A stretch of DNA of 64,000 nucleotides from Eledone cirrhosa (taxonomy: Eukaryota): positions 35,774,001 to 35,838,000 of the forward strand of contig OZ024752.1 in NCBI GenBank assembly GCA_964016885.1, in the 5' to 3' direction. The translations under genes and the position numbers were made by a program. This document shows, piece by piece, positions 24,686 to 38,300 of the stretch; the stretch's first letter is position 1; each line of letters starts with the position of its first letter. The notes below the pieces were generated by a model. It did not search any database. It was given only the letters and a program-made list of their open reading frames with translations, and was not told the DNA's origin.

Positions 24686-26596
24686 ATTTTCAAGTCATTA
24701 TGAAAATAATCAAGAGTTTGAAAGTTTTGTAACATAAGTATTTGTAACTTAACAAAGGTCCTTACTTAAAATTATGATGGAAGGTCTTTAGATGAATATG
24801 AACACTTTAAAACAAAGTTTTATATCATAGAAGAACTAGGGATGGTTTAAAAAGAAATATAGACAAACAGTTAAGATTAAAAGCATAAAAGTTAGGTGTA
24901 AAAATCATATAGCTAATACTGTTAAGCCTGATCTTTTGTTGTTTAGAAAAAATAATTTATTTAAAAAATTTTACTACGTGTTATTCTACATTTATATTTG
25001 ATATTCTAGGTCCACACTAGACTGCAGGTTTAAGATGCTGATGTTTTGGGCAAGGAAAATTTAAACTTTTATTTCCTTGCAAGAGACAATAATGTACATG
25101 TTTAGAGGAAGGAAAATGCTATCTTTATTTCCTAGCAAGAGACAACACTGTACATGTTTACGCCTATTAGACCTCATTAGTATAGTGTCATCAAGCCAAG
25201 GTTAAAATATATTTTTACATATAGGAAAGAAGTTACAATACGAATGCTTTCGTTACTGAATACACTTTACTGTCATTGTTTTGTTCGGATATTCTGCAAT
25301 AATGTCCTCAAATACATAAGGACTAGATGGAATAGCTTTACTTATAAGGCCTGTTTCATCAGGGACGGGTTAGGGGCTAAACATCAATTGAGTAGGGGAG
25401 TTACTTTTACTTGGACACAAGGCAACATTTCTCGAATAAAAAAAGAATAAGGTTACTTAACGGTTATATTTTGCCAGGAAATTATTAACAAAGTAAATGA
25501 TTTGGCCTTAGCTGGGAATCGAAACCAGGATGTGGCCTCAACTAGATGAGATCATAATATTAACCGACAAATATAGAGGGAATGAATTATACATTAGATT
25601 TATACATAAGTATTTATAACAATGATTATAATATATATATTTACGATCGTAACAAGATTAAGGCAAAAATATGCTGGCATTTTTTTAGCAAAGAACTGTC
25701 AACAGATTCTAAATTTAAGGACAGTTGCATAATTGGCAAGATACTACAAGATATATACTGACTAAGCAAACTAGAGTGTGTTTTTTATACATTCTTACAA
25801 AAGAATCCTCTACGGGCCGTGTGGAGGTATACAGCTATAAATAACTCTAGCAAAAAGGGTACGTAATTATGCAAGGCTTGTTGGGATAGGAGGGCACATT
25901 GAACTTAAAGACAAATTTTAATTACATTTTCACATGTCAGCTCGGATGATTACATTTTTGATCAAAATCCGAGAATAAATAATTTCAGAATTTTATCATA
26001 GTTTTTCATACACATTTCAATGACCTTTATCAAAATTAAGTATTGTTATTATTATTTTTATTATTATTATCAAGCCAGACTGATAAGAGGGTCGCGAGCA
26101 TAACAGTCAATTATATCTTGCAACATATATAATTACAAAATGACATTTTATTCTCAAACTATCATAATTCGTATCATGAAATTTGCAACAAAATAAAGTG
26201 TCTAGTGTGATATTTATTAAATTTAAAATCGAAATTAAAATAGTAATAATTTAGAAAGCGGGGAAAAAAAATAAAGTCACACCAATATATACTGTATTTA
26301 TAAATATCAAATAAATAACAGATTATTATTAAGACATGCAATAAATCAATTAGTAAATTTACTGTAAACATAAAGAGATAGATAGAGAGTGGGTGTGGGG
26401 ATTGGAGATAAATAATAAACATTTATAAAGTTAATTAATAAAAAACGATCAACTAACGACAAATTAAAATATATATATATATATATAGCGAGCTTGGTAA
26501 AAAGACAGAGCCAACTTTTCTGGCATCAAACTAATTCTATTATACTGTGACATGTTGTTTTAAAGTAAAGAAATATATACAGAGTTTTTATCGTAC

Positions 26597-26735
26597 CTAT
26601 TTCAAGTGTCACCAGTTTGATGTAAAGACATCTTCATCAACCAAAATAACAATAGCATAGATTTCTCTGTTAAGTGATGAAGAATTCGCCGTACATTTTT
26701 CGGCGTTTAACACTTTTCTGCAAACTTCCGGAACC
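26597..26735 (-). promoter_or_regulatory. Candidate promoter and first exon (ETS-type CCGGAAGT motif, donor at 26597), possibly the PGAP3 5' UTR
   Basis: ACTTCCGG at 26724-26731 in a locally CpG-richer patch, followed on the minus strand by AG/GTACGA. The same motif precedes CDC45. Confidence 0.4.
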
Positions 26736-27398
26736 TGCTGATTTTTTTTCCCCAGTTGTTATAGCAACGGCTTTATAATTCCGGTTACCTACTTCAATAT
26801 TCCAGTTACCTACTTCAATATTTCTAGATCTCTTACATTTATGGTGATTCCATAATGAAAATTAATAATATACATAGAATTATAAGCATCGCCAGATATA
26901 ACCCATGCATCCATTGGAATTTTCGCGGCGGCTTCTCTGACAACAACGGCTTTATGATTCTGATTACTACAATATTTCTCTTGAATTTGTATTAATTCCA
27001 TAGTGGAATTACTACATACATATAATTATATATATATATGTATATATATACATATATATATATGTTTTGCCAGATATAATCCATGCTTCCTTTTGCAGTT
27101 GTTGGCCGGCGGTACCACTGACAACAACGAATTTATAATTCTAGTTACTTACTTTATATGTTTACTACAATAATTCACTGCATTTTTATATATATATCTT
27201 TTGATTTTTATAGAAATTTCATAATGAAAATGAATAATATTCTTTAAATTATATATATATGTGTATTGCCAGATATAAACCATGCTTTCCTTGGCGATTC
27301 TACTTAGTTAAATATAATATCTCGTATTTACCGGTTACTTCTCTTAACAAATCGACTTTATTACTACTACTACTACTAGTCATATTAATGGTTTCTGA

Positions 27399-27612
27399 TT
27401 AACCCTTTAGCATTTGTATTATTCTATATTTACTATTGCATTTTTGTAGTAAAGGCTTTACCTCACATAATTATCTTACTTAATATCTAATCTATGAGAA
27501 TTTGAGAACAATACCTTAACATTGCTATACATGGCCAGTTGCGGCTGGTTTGAACAGAAAGAGGTGAAAGAACTTTGGCCGGATATAGTCGGTTTAAATG
27601 TTAAAGGGTTAA
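27399..27612. mobile_element. piggyBac-type MITE
   Basis: TTAACCCTTTAGCATT...AATGTTAAAGGGTTAA. Confidence 0.8.
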
Positions 27613-28317
27613 GACAAGGCTAACAGTTTTGGGAAGAGGAGATGAAAAGTCCATTAAATCGACCCCAGTATGTTACTGGTACTTTACATTAACGACCCCG
27701 TAAGGATGAAAGTCAAAGCTAACCTCGTCGGGATTTGAACTCAAGAGATAAAGGGGGGTAACTCTATTCTGCAAAGCATGTCCGACGCTCTATCGCTACT
27801 GCCAAGTAGTAGTAGTAGTAGTAGTAGTAGTCTATCATAACTAAATGCCTTGTGGTATTTATTTATGGTCGTTTATATTTGAGAATTCACGTCCCGCTGC
27901 TCTCAGCTTTTGCTATTCATCATCCAGGAAGCGATAAAGTTATTTCGACAGTACAGCTACATAACAGTAAGGATTTACAGTAAGGAGTCTTAATTTTAAT
28001 AGAAAGACTAAATGTTTTGAGCATAAAATTTGCATAGCATGTGTTTGTGATTGTTTGTACGAGAATATAGACTCGTTTAAAATATGTTTATAGTATTTAA
28101 AGGAAACAAAAAAAGGGAAAGAGAAAGAAGAGAATTAAGCAACGAAGGAAAGAGGGAGAGGGTCAGACTCTACACACCAGACTGAGTGGTGATTTGGCTG
28201 TGCCCTGCAGACAATGGCCAGCGAGACCCGCCTCGCGGGGCTCCTTCCTCGGGTGGGCTGCTGTCTTTCCGATTTTGAGGAGGATTTCAGTAGTGCGGGG
28301 ACAAAAGAATATCTGAA

Positions 28318-29408
28318 GTTTTGACGGCAGTACGAGGTCCAAGGACACCAGAGGTTTTGACTGCAGTGTAGGGACCAATGACACCAGAGGTTTCGACGGT
28401 AGTGCGAGGACCAAGGACATTAGAGGTCTTGACGGCTGTGTGGGGACCAATGACACCAGAGGTCTTGACGGCTGTGTGGGGACCAATGACACCAGAGGTT
28501 TCGACGGTAGTGCGAGAACCAAAAACATTAGAGGTCTTGACGGCGGTGTGGGGACCAATGACTCCAGCGGTTTCGACGGTAGTGCGAGAACCAAGGACAT
28601 TAGAGGTCTTGACGGCTGTGTGGGGACCAATGACACCAGAGGTTTCGACGGTAGTGCGAGGACCAAGGACATTAGAGGTCTTGACGGCTGTGTGGAGACC
28701 AATGACACGAGAGGTTTCGACGGTAGTGCGAGAACCAAAGACAGAGGTCTTGACTGCAGTGTGGGGACCAATGACACGAGAGGTTTCGACGGTAGTGCGA
28801 GGACCAAGGACACCAGAGGTCTTGACTGCAGTGTAGAGACCAATGACACCAGAGGTTTCGACGGTAGTGCGAGGACCAAGGACACCAGAGGTCTTGACTG
28901 CAGTGTAGGGACCAATGACACCAGAGGTTTCGACGGTAGTGCGAGGACCAAGGACACCAGAGGTCTTGACTGCAGTGTAGAGACCAATGACACCAGAGGT
29001 TTCGACGGTAGTGCGAGGACCAAGGACACCAGAGGTCTTGACTGCAGTGTAGGGACCAATGACACCAGAGGTTTCGACGGTAGTGCGAGGACCAAGGACA
29101 CCAGAGGTCTTGACTGCAGTGTAGAGACCAATGACACCAGAGGTTTCGACGGTAGTGCGAGGACCAAGGACACCAGAGGTCTTGACTGCAGTGTAGGGAC
29201 CAATGACACCAGAGGTTTCGACGGTAGTGCAGGGACCAAGGACACCAGAGGTTTCGAGGACTGTGTGGGGGCCAAGGACACCAAAGATCTCAACGGCAGT
29301 GTGGGGACCAAGAACACGAGAGGTCTCAGCGGCAGTGCAGTTGACCGAGGACACGAGAGGTCTCGACGGCTGTGTGGGGGGCCCAAGAAGAGAGGTCTCA
29401 ACAGCGGT
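28318..29408. repeat. GC-rich 33-bp minisatellite with 66-bp and 132-bp higher-order structure
   Basis: Alternating GGACCAATGACACCAGAGGTTTCGACGGTAGTG and GGACCAAGGACACCAGAGGTCTTGACTGCAGTG units. Confidence 0.92.
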
Positions 29409-31109
29409 ATTTCAGTACACTATTTTACCGTCTGCTATATGAAATGTATCACACATCATTTATTGCCTGCCTTTGAAAAGCGTTAATTGCCTATTAGAAG
29501 CGTTAGGTAGATTTAATCCAATACCTAGTTATTTACTCAGTAAATGTAATTAAATACATTTTCTGAGGCTAAAGAAAGTGTATTTTGTACTAAGACGTTA
29601 AATTTCCACCAATTATTACGACGGCTACCTTTATATACACATGTTACTGGACTTTAGCTATAAGCTATAACCTATAGCTTATAGCTAAATTCCATGTTTC
29701 ATGTACTCACACTGAGGTAACAATGTAATAAACAGAGACATAGCTTAGTGGCACACACCTTCGGAGACCTCATTTTAAAAATATTTTCTTAGTTTTATCA
29801 TTAGTTATTTTATTCTTTAACACTAAAGAGAATGGCCTCAGATTCCATATAGCTTAGGGTCTCAGCAGCTTAAAGTCCGGCCCTGGTGGTCAGTTTTATT
29901 TTGTATGGATAAATAGATGAGCGACGAAAGAAAAAAAAAGTTTTTAAACTAATTTATATTTTGCCATTTTCGGCTCTTTTCTTTCTGAGAAACGGCCGAT
30001 TTTTAAATCATTCGGAATCTATTTGTATCGAGGATTGTAAATAACTCGAGGGAACCCAAGTAACATGTACATAAATGCTTTACAACTGCTTGGTTCTGGG
30101 TTCGATCCCATTGCACGTCACCATGGGTAAGTGTATTTTATCACAGCCTCTGGGTGATTAATATCTTGGGAGTTAAATTTAGTGAACGGACACAATGCAG
30201 AAGTCCGTCTCGCGTGTGCGTATGCCACGGCAAATGGTATATAAACATCAGCGAAAAAAAAAAAAAAAAACAACGAAAAACCGGTGCATTATGAAGGAAG
30301 TTCCTTTTAAAAAAAAACCTCCGATCTCTCACCACACATTTATTGTCGCAGTCTTGTGCTTCGAATAAGAACGCTCATGGCTGAAAGGGGGTCTTTACCC
30401 TTTTACTATAATCTAGCAATCTTTTAACGAAACATTCTCCGTTATATCAGATCTTGTACGTATCTTTGTTGTATATTCTGTCGTTGCAAACGATGAGATG
30501 AATAAAAACATTAAAATTAATTTAGTTTTCCTTGTCTCAATTCATCATGTTCCTGATAGTTACTCAACAACATCACACCATGTACAACAGATTGATCAAC
30601 GACAACCAACCACAATCACATAACCCTTCAGCATTTAAACTGGCCATATCCGGCCAGAATTCTCTCGCCTCTTTCTGTCCAGACCGGCCGTAACCATCTT
30701 CTCATACTTATGTTAAGGTATTGTTCTCAACATAAATAACATCAACATCTCAAAAATACAATCGTATAACATAGAGTAATGTAAATGCTGAAAGGTTAAA
30801 TGGCAAATACCAACAACAACAACATTTGGAAAAACTGGAACAAAAATATTCTCTATAAAAATCTTTTTATTATGAATATAAATAAACGTTAAAACAATTA
30901 AGATGTAGAATTTGATAGCAGAATAGAAAAGAACATGAACAATCGAAACAAAATTTATTTTTTGTATATCATACATATGCTGTTAGATAAAAACTGATGT
31001 GAATAAAAATAAATTGCTTAAAAAAAAAACGTTTTTTTTTGGTATATTTTCCAGATCAACAGAGGACATTATATCATCGTTGATGACAATCTGCAATTCC
31101 TTTTTGTTT

Positions 31110-31174
31110 TTACTGCAATATATTAATCAGAGCATCAAAAAATTTCTCTTTGTCTTCGGTGTTTATGAGTAAAA
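31110..31174 (-). CDS. CDC45: CDC45 last coding exon
   Basis: LLINTEDKEKFFDALINILQ followed by a stop. Confidence 0.92.
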
Positions 31175-32299
31175 CTGAAAAGAAAAAAAAAGACTTTCTT
31201 TAAAACATATTACCAACATGAAAAAAAAAAAAAAAAAAAAAAAAATCAACAGTGGCTCCAGGCAGAGCCTCTACTTCTCCAAATTGAGAGATCACAGCTC
31301 TGATACTATGGGCATGTGGTTAGAATGTCTCAGGAAAGAATCACCGGAGAGTCACTCCAGGTAGAGCCACTACTTCTCCGATACTATGGACATGTGGTTA
31401 GATTGTCTCAGGAAAAAAAATCACTCGAGAGTCACCCCAGGTAGAACTGCTACTTCACCAAATTGAGAGATCACAGCCCCGGTACTATGGGCATGTGGTT
31501 AGAATGTCTCAGGAAAGAATCACTAGACAGATTTTACAGGCAAAACCAACCTGCAGGAGACCCCCGAGCAAGATGGCTGGATAACATCCATGAGCTCAGC
31601 TGGTCTCACTTGGGGATCCATCCACATCAATCTTTTTCTTTCCCTTTTCCTTTGACAAATAAAATAAAATTGCTGAAGACGGTTGCTTCTGACACTAGCC
31701 GTCACGACTCTCCCAGGAATAAGTGGGCAAAGAAGAAGTACTGCAAATCATTCTGCTGTATGCTTTAACAATTCTACCAATCCCCTACCATAGATCAGTA
31801 TTTAAATTTGATGGCATTAGTAGAAACTAATAACTTACTAAAATCATCAAAATGGTTGTGTAATATCCGAGAATGTGTAACCAAAGCTGCTTGTTCAAAT
31901 GCCTTGCCAAAAAAACTGAAATAAAAATAAAAAAAGAAATCAAGAAAAGAAATCACTATAAATACTGCTTTATTTCTGACTTGTTCTACTTTTATTTAAG
32001 CACTGTTCAAGGTTAAAAAATTCTGGCAGATAATTTATTTTAATCTCTAACACACTTTTGACCACAGAAGTTGTTAAACTACTGTACCATGGTGAAATCA
32101 AACGTTTCATTTACAAGTCCCTTTCTCTATTTGTATGTATGTATGTATGTATATGTGTGTATATAGAGAGAAGGAGGGGGAGAGGGAGGGAGGGAGGGGG
32201 CGAGAGAGAGAGAGCCTCGTCTAACCTATGCCAGCATAAAAAAGCAGGTGTAAAAATGTGAACATGATAATCGCGCATGCGTGCGTGTATGTGTATGTG

Positions 32300-32365
<66 letters not shown>

Positions 32366-35300
32366 GACTGATATATATGTAATGTATTATATATATATTT
32401 TAGAGTCTGCTGTGCTGAAATCAAAGAGACCACTAATCATGGAAGTACTCAATACATGGGGAGAAGCAGAGTGTATTGAGCAAGGCTTTTCATTGCTGAA
32501 CACACAAGCCAAAACTGCTTGGCGTTGTGGTCGGGATTTGACCTAAATATAAATATATATGTATCATTTTTCATTTCATTTTACGTCCGCTTTTTCCCTG
32601 CTTGCAAGGGTGGGACGGGAACTGATTTTGGCTTGATTTCTACAGCTGGATGCCCTTCCTAACACCAACCTCATTTACAGTGAGTGCTGGGTGCTTTTTT
32701 TGCCGTCGCACCTCCACGACCACTTTGCAGAGGAATGATATGAACCCCAGTCCCTATCATCTCATTTCTACAGCCGAGTAAACTGGAGCAATGTGAAATA
32801 AAGTGTCTTGCTCAAGGAAACAACACATCACCCGGTCTGAGAATATATATATATATGATGATGATGATATATATATCAACATTAGTGGATTGGCAGTATA
32901 GGTAGAGGGTAAAACGCCATGCTTTGCAGCAGAGTTACGTCTCTTTACGGTCTGAGTCCAAATCCCGCCGAGGTTAACTTTGCCTTTCATCCTTACGGAG
33001 TCAATAAAATAAAGTACCAGTAACGTACTGGGTATTTGCTGGCCTTGTGCCAAAAGTAGAAACAATTATTTTTATATCTGCTTTTCCATGCTGGCATAGG
33101 TTGGTGTGCAAGAGAGAAGACTGCATTGGTACAGGCATGTGATGCACATGGCCGATAATCACCAGGAAATCCCAATGGTAGGAAGCCGCAGTAGAAATAA
33201 ACCAAGGAAGACCTGAGTAGAGGTGGTGAGAGCTGATCTCAAATCACTGAGACTCACAGAGAAGATGACGAAGGAACATGATGAATGGAGAGGTGCTGTG
33301 CTGAGAGCCCGTCTAGAACGTGATGAATGGAGAGGTGCTGTGCTGAGGGCCCGTCTAGAACATGATGAATGGAGAGGTGCTGTGCTGAGGGCCCGTCTAG
33401 AACATGATGAATGGAGAGGTGCTGTGCTGAGGGTCCGTCTAGAACATGATGAATGGAGAGGTGCTGTGCTGAGGGTCCGTCTAGAACATGATGAATGGAG
33501 AGGTGCTGTGCTGAGAGCCCGTCTAGAACATGATGAATGGAGAGGTGCTGTGCTGAGGGTCCGTCTAGAACATGGTGAATGGAGAGGTGCTGTGCTGAGG
33601 GTCCGTCTAGAACATGATGAATGGAGAGATGCTGTGCTGAGGGTCCGTCTAGAACATGATGAATGGAGAGGTGCTGTACTGAGGGCCCGTCTAGAACATG
33701 ATGAATGGAGAGGTGCTGTGCTGAGGGCCCGTCTAGAACATGATGAATGGAGAGGTGCTGTGCTGAGGGCCCGTCTAGAACATGATGAATGGAGAGGTGC
33801 TGTGCTGAGGGTCCGTCTAGAACATGATGAATGGAGAGGTGCTGTGCTGAGAGCCCGTCTAGAACATGATGAATGGAGAGGTGCTGTGCTGAGAGCCCGT
33901 CTAGAACATGATGAATGGAGAGGTGCTGTGCTGAGAGCCCGTCTAGAACATGATGAATGGAGAGGTGCTGTGCTGAGGGCCCGTCTAGAACATGATGAAT
34001 GGAGAGGTGCTGTGCTGAGAGCCCGTCTAGAACATGATGAATGGAGAGGTGCTGTACTGAGAGCCCGTCTAGAACATGATGAATGGAGAGGTGCTGTGCT
34101 GAGGGCCCATCTAGAACATGATGAATGGAGAGGTGCTGTGCTGAGGGTCCGTCTAGAACATGATGAATGGAGAGGTGCTGTGCTGAGGGTCCGTCTAGAA
34201 CATGATGAATGGAGAGGTGCTGTGCTGAGGGCCCGTCTAGAACGTGATGAATGGAGAGGTGCTGTGCTGAGGGTCCGTCTAGAACGTGATGAATGGAGAG
34301 GTGCTGTGCTGAGGGTCCGTCTAGAACGTGATGAATGGAGAGGTGCTGTGCTGAGGGTCCGTCTAGAACGTGATGAATGGAGAGGTGCTGTGCTGAGGGT
34401 CCGTCTAGAACATGATGAATGGAGAGGTGCTGTTCTGAGAGCCCGTCTAGAACATGATGAATGGAGAGGTGCTGTGCTGAGAGCCCGTCTAGAACATGAT
34501 GAATGGAGAGGTGCTGTGCTGAGGGCCCGTCTAGAACATGATGAATGGAGAGGTGCTGTGCTGAGGGTCCGTCTAGAACATGATGAATGGAGAGGTGCTG
34601 TGCTGAGGGCCCGTCTAGAACGTGATGAATGGAGAGGTGCTGTGCTGAGGGTCCGTCTAGAACGTGATGAATGGAGAGGTGCTGTGCTGAGGGTCCGTCT
34701 AGAACGTGATGAATGGAGAGGTGCTGTGCTGAGGGTCCGTCTAGAACGTGATGAATGGAGAGGTGCTGTGCTGAGGGTCCGTCTAGAACATGATGAATGG
34801 AGAGGTGCTGTTCTGAGAGCCCGTCTAGAACATGATGAATGGAGAGGTGCTGTGCTGAGAGCCCGTCTAGAACATGATGAATGGAGAGGTGCTGTGCTGA
34901 GGGCCCGTCTAGAACATGATGAATGGAGAGGTGCTGTGCTGAGGGTCCGTCTAGAACATGATGAATGGAGAGGTGCTGTGCTGAGAGCCCGTCTAGAACA
35001 TGATGAATGGAGAGGTGCTGTGCTGAGAGCCCGTCTAGAACATGATGAATGGAGAGGTGCTGTGCTGAGGGCCCGTCTAGAACATGATGAATGGAGAGGT
35101 GCTGTGCTGAGGGTCCGTCTAGAACATGATGAATGGAGAGGTGCTGTGCTGAGAGCCCGTCTAGAACGTGATGAATGGAGAGGTGCTGTGCTGAGGGCCC
35201 GTCTAGAACATGATGAATGGAGAGGTGCTGTGCTGAGGGTCCGTCTAGAACATGATGAATGGAGAGGTGCTGTGCTGAGAGCCCGTCTAGAACATGATGA

Positions 35301-38300
35301 ATGGAGAGGTGCTGTGCTGAGGGCCCGTCTAACTCATGTGAGCATGGAAAAACAGACACGAAAACAATGATGGCGGTGATGGTGGTGACTTCTTGTTATA
35401 AGAGATATTTTAATAGGAATGTAAATAGGAAGATGACCCAGATGTGTAGATAAAATATAAACAAAAAAAATAAAGTTTCTTACTTTCTTTGATCGTCTAA
35501 ATTCAAGGGTGGGATTCCAATAACTATAGAAATATGTTGCTCAATGTTGTAAGGGGCACATATTATCATAGGCAGGTAGCGAGCTTTTTTACTGGGTCTC
35601 TGAAATAGATAATAAACCAAAAAATAACAAAAATAATTATATTCTTTTATTAAAAAAAATATATAGAAACATGAGACTATCATGTACGTAACTGCAGTAA
35701 ATAGCAGTTTAGGGCAGTGGATTGCTGAAATAGAATGTCCATGTTTCACTTCCATGTAAGATTTCTACTTCACATACCGGCAGCATACAACTTTTAGTTG
35801 CCTATTATAACACATAAGGATATAGTACCTATTTTAAACCAGTCCACCCTGTAAAGCAGTAGTGCTGATATTATGATGGAGCGAACTCAGTTTGCTCTGT
35901 GAGATGAAAGTGCTGGTACCACAAAAAACTAGCCCCCCATTCCACAGAGTAAGGTGCCAGTTCCTTGTGTTATAACGAAAACCACCTTGTCCAACCTGTA
36001 AGGAGATAGTGCTGGTGCCATGAAGAAAGCACCCAGTCCTCTATGTAAGGTGGTAGTGCTGGTGCCACGAAGAAAGCACCCAGTCCTCTATGTAAGGTGG
36101 TAGTGCTGGTGCCACGAAGAAAGCACCCAGTCCTCTATGTAAGGTGGTAGTGCTGGTGCCACGAAGAAAGCACCCAGTCCTCTATGTAAGGTGGTAGTGC
36201 TGGTGCCATAACGAAAGCACTCAGTCCTCTATGTAAGGTGGTAGTGCTGGTGCCATGATAAAAGCACCCAGTCAACTCTGTAAGGTGGTAGTGCTGGTGC
36301 CATGATAAAAACACCCAGTCAACCCTGTAAGGTGGTAGTGCTGGTGCCACAATGAAAGCACTCAGCCCACCTTGTATGGTGGTATTGCCAAAGTCATGAT
36401 AAAATACTCCCAGTGCACATTGTAAAGTGGTTGGTATTATGAAGGGCACCTAAAAGTAGAAACCAAGCCAAAACAAAGTGTAGGAGCAGGACCAAGTCAC
36501 TTGACTGGTCCAGCCTCTCCACTCAACCTAGAAAAGATGAATGGCAAAGTTGACTTCAGCGGGTTTTGAACAAATCGTTACCAACACCACCAGACAGTCG
36601 AAACGAATACCACAAAGTATTCTATCCATGCAAGCATGGAATCATCATCATCATCATCATCATCATTTTACGTCCGCTTTTCCCTGCTTGCAAGGGTTGG
36701 ACGGGTCCCATTCAGCACAGCACCCCTCCACCCGTCATCTCCGTGAGTTTCAGCGATCTGAGGTCTGCTCTCACCACCTGCGCCCAGTAAAACACACAGT
36801 TTATCTTTCATTTGACAGGAAAATATTTGTGAAACACTTACACCAGCTTCATAAGCTTCAAGAATGAATCTGGCTAACCGTTGCAAACACTGAGGTTTAT
36901 ATATGTCAGATGTACCCTGGAAAAAAATATATAAAGGTGAATATACTATTGGCTATATACATATACATTTTGGTTTTCTTGAAACTCGTCCCAATTTACA
37001 TTACACCCTGTATAAGTGGCCGGCCCTCACTGTAAAGTGGTCGTGTACGGCTAAGTGCCCGGCGCACACTGTAAAGTGGTCGTGTAGGTGTCACAACAAA
37101 AAGGCACCCAGCACTCACTGTAAATGAGGTTGGCATTAGGAAGGGCATCCAGCTGTAGAAACCAAGCCAAAATCAGTTGTGTATGAGCAAGGCACGGTCA
37201 CCTGACCTAGCATTGCCCACAACAGAAACACTCCTCTAATCCATGCTAATGTGGAAAATGGATGTTAAACGGTGATGATGATGATGGTGAGATATATATA
37301 TATATATCATCATTTTACGTCTGGTTTTTCTCTGCTTGCAAGGATGGGACAGGAACTGATTCTGGCTTATTTCTACAGCTGGATGCCCTTCCTAACACCA
37401 ACTTCATTTATAGTGAGTGCTGGGTGCTTTTTTTTCCATGGCAGCTCCACGACCACTTTGCAGTGGAATGATAGGGACCCCAGTCCTATCAACTCATTTC
37501 TACAGCTGAATAAACTGGAGCAATGTGAAATAAAGTGTCTTGCTCAAGGAAACAACACATCACCTGGTCTGATAGAATATATATATATATATATATATAT
37601 TAGCTGCTTTAATCTGAATAGAATCATTATATCATTACCAGCAGAAAACCACCATTTGGGTGGTCTTCTGCTAGCATGTGTAGTGTGCATATTGATATTA
37701 TATGCAAATATACATGTAGTTATACGTCAAATAAAATCGTAATTGACAATATCCACAGAAATTGAAGAGAGACTGTGTTACATTCTCTTCTGTAATCAGT
37801 AAAGTAATCCATGATACATTTAAAAAAGACGATATTATATATAAACTGCATTACGGTGAAATGTAATGAAACCTTATATAATGATGCAAATATATGGATG
37901 TTTATATAAGCGATGTAATAAGTGTTATTATATAAATGTTTCTACTTTTGGCACAAGGCCAGCAATTACCCAGTACATTACTGGTACTCTATTTTATTGA
38001 CCCGACCTCGTAAGGATGAAAGGCAAAGTGAACCTCAGCGGGATTTGAACTCCCGTAGAGCATGGCGTCCGACCCTCTACCGATACTGCCAATATAACGA
38101 ACGCTAACCGGAAGTGTAGACATTTTAAAAGAAGTGAATCTTAAAATAAACAATCATTATATATAAGAATATTTATGTTTAATCAACAACTACGAAATTT
38201 AGTAGATAAATTATGTAATATTCATTCATTATTTATTCAAAGTAAAGGGCGGTGGATTGGCAGTATCAGTAGAGGGTCGGACGCCATGCTTTGCAGCAAA

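Noticed and set aside
25350-25372. CTGATGA on the minus strand as a hammerhead core
   Set aside because: No helix II and GAAA arrangement follows it.
28210-28300. Possible HDV-like ribozyme (CCTCGC and TCCTCG loops)
   Set aside because: No consistent P1, P2 and P3 pairing could be built.
32277-32546. Apparent plus-strand terminal exon ESAVLKSKRP...
   Set aside because: No recognisable homology. The minus strand carries the PLE-type 3' motif and the segment sits between (TA)n tracts.
33223-35370. 715-aa and 701-aa repeat proteins, or a CRISPR-like array
   Set aside because: Head-to-tail 42-bp units with no unique spacers, derived from an RTE 3' end. The open frames follow from the unit length being a multiple of three.
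38105-38116. CCGGAAGT promoter motif
   Set aside because: It lies inside the Helitron copy in a CDC45 intron, with no associated exon evidence.
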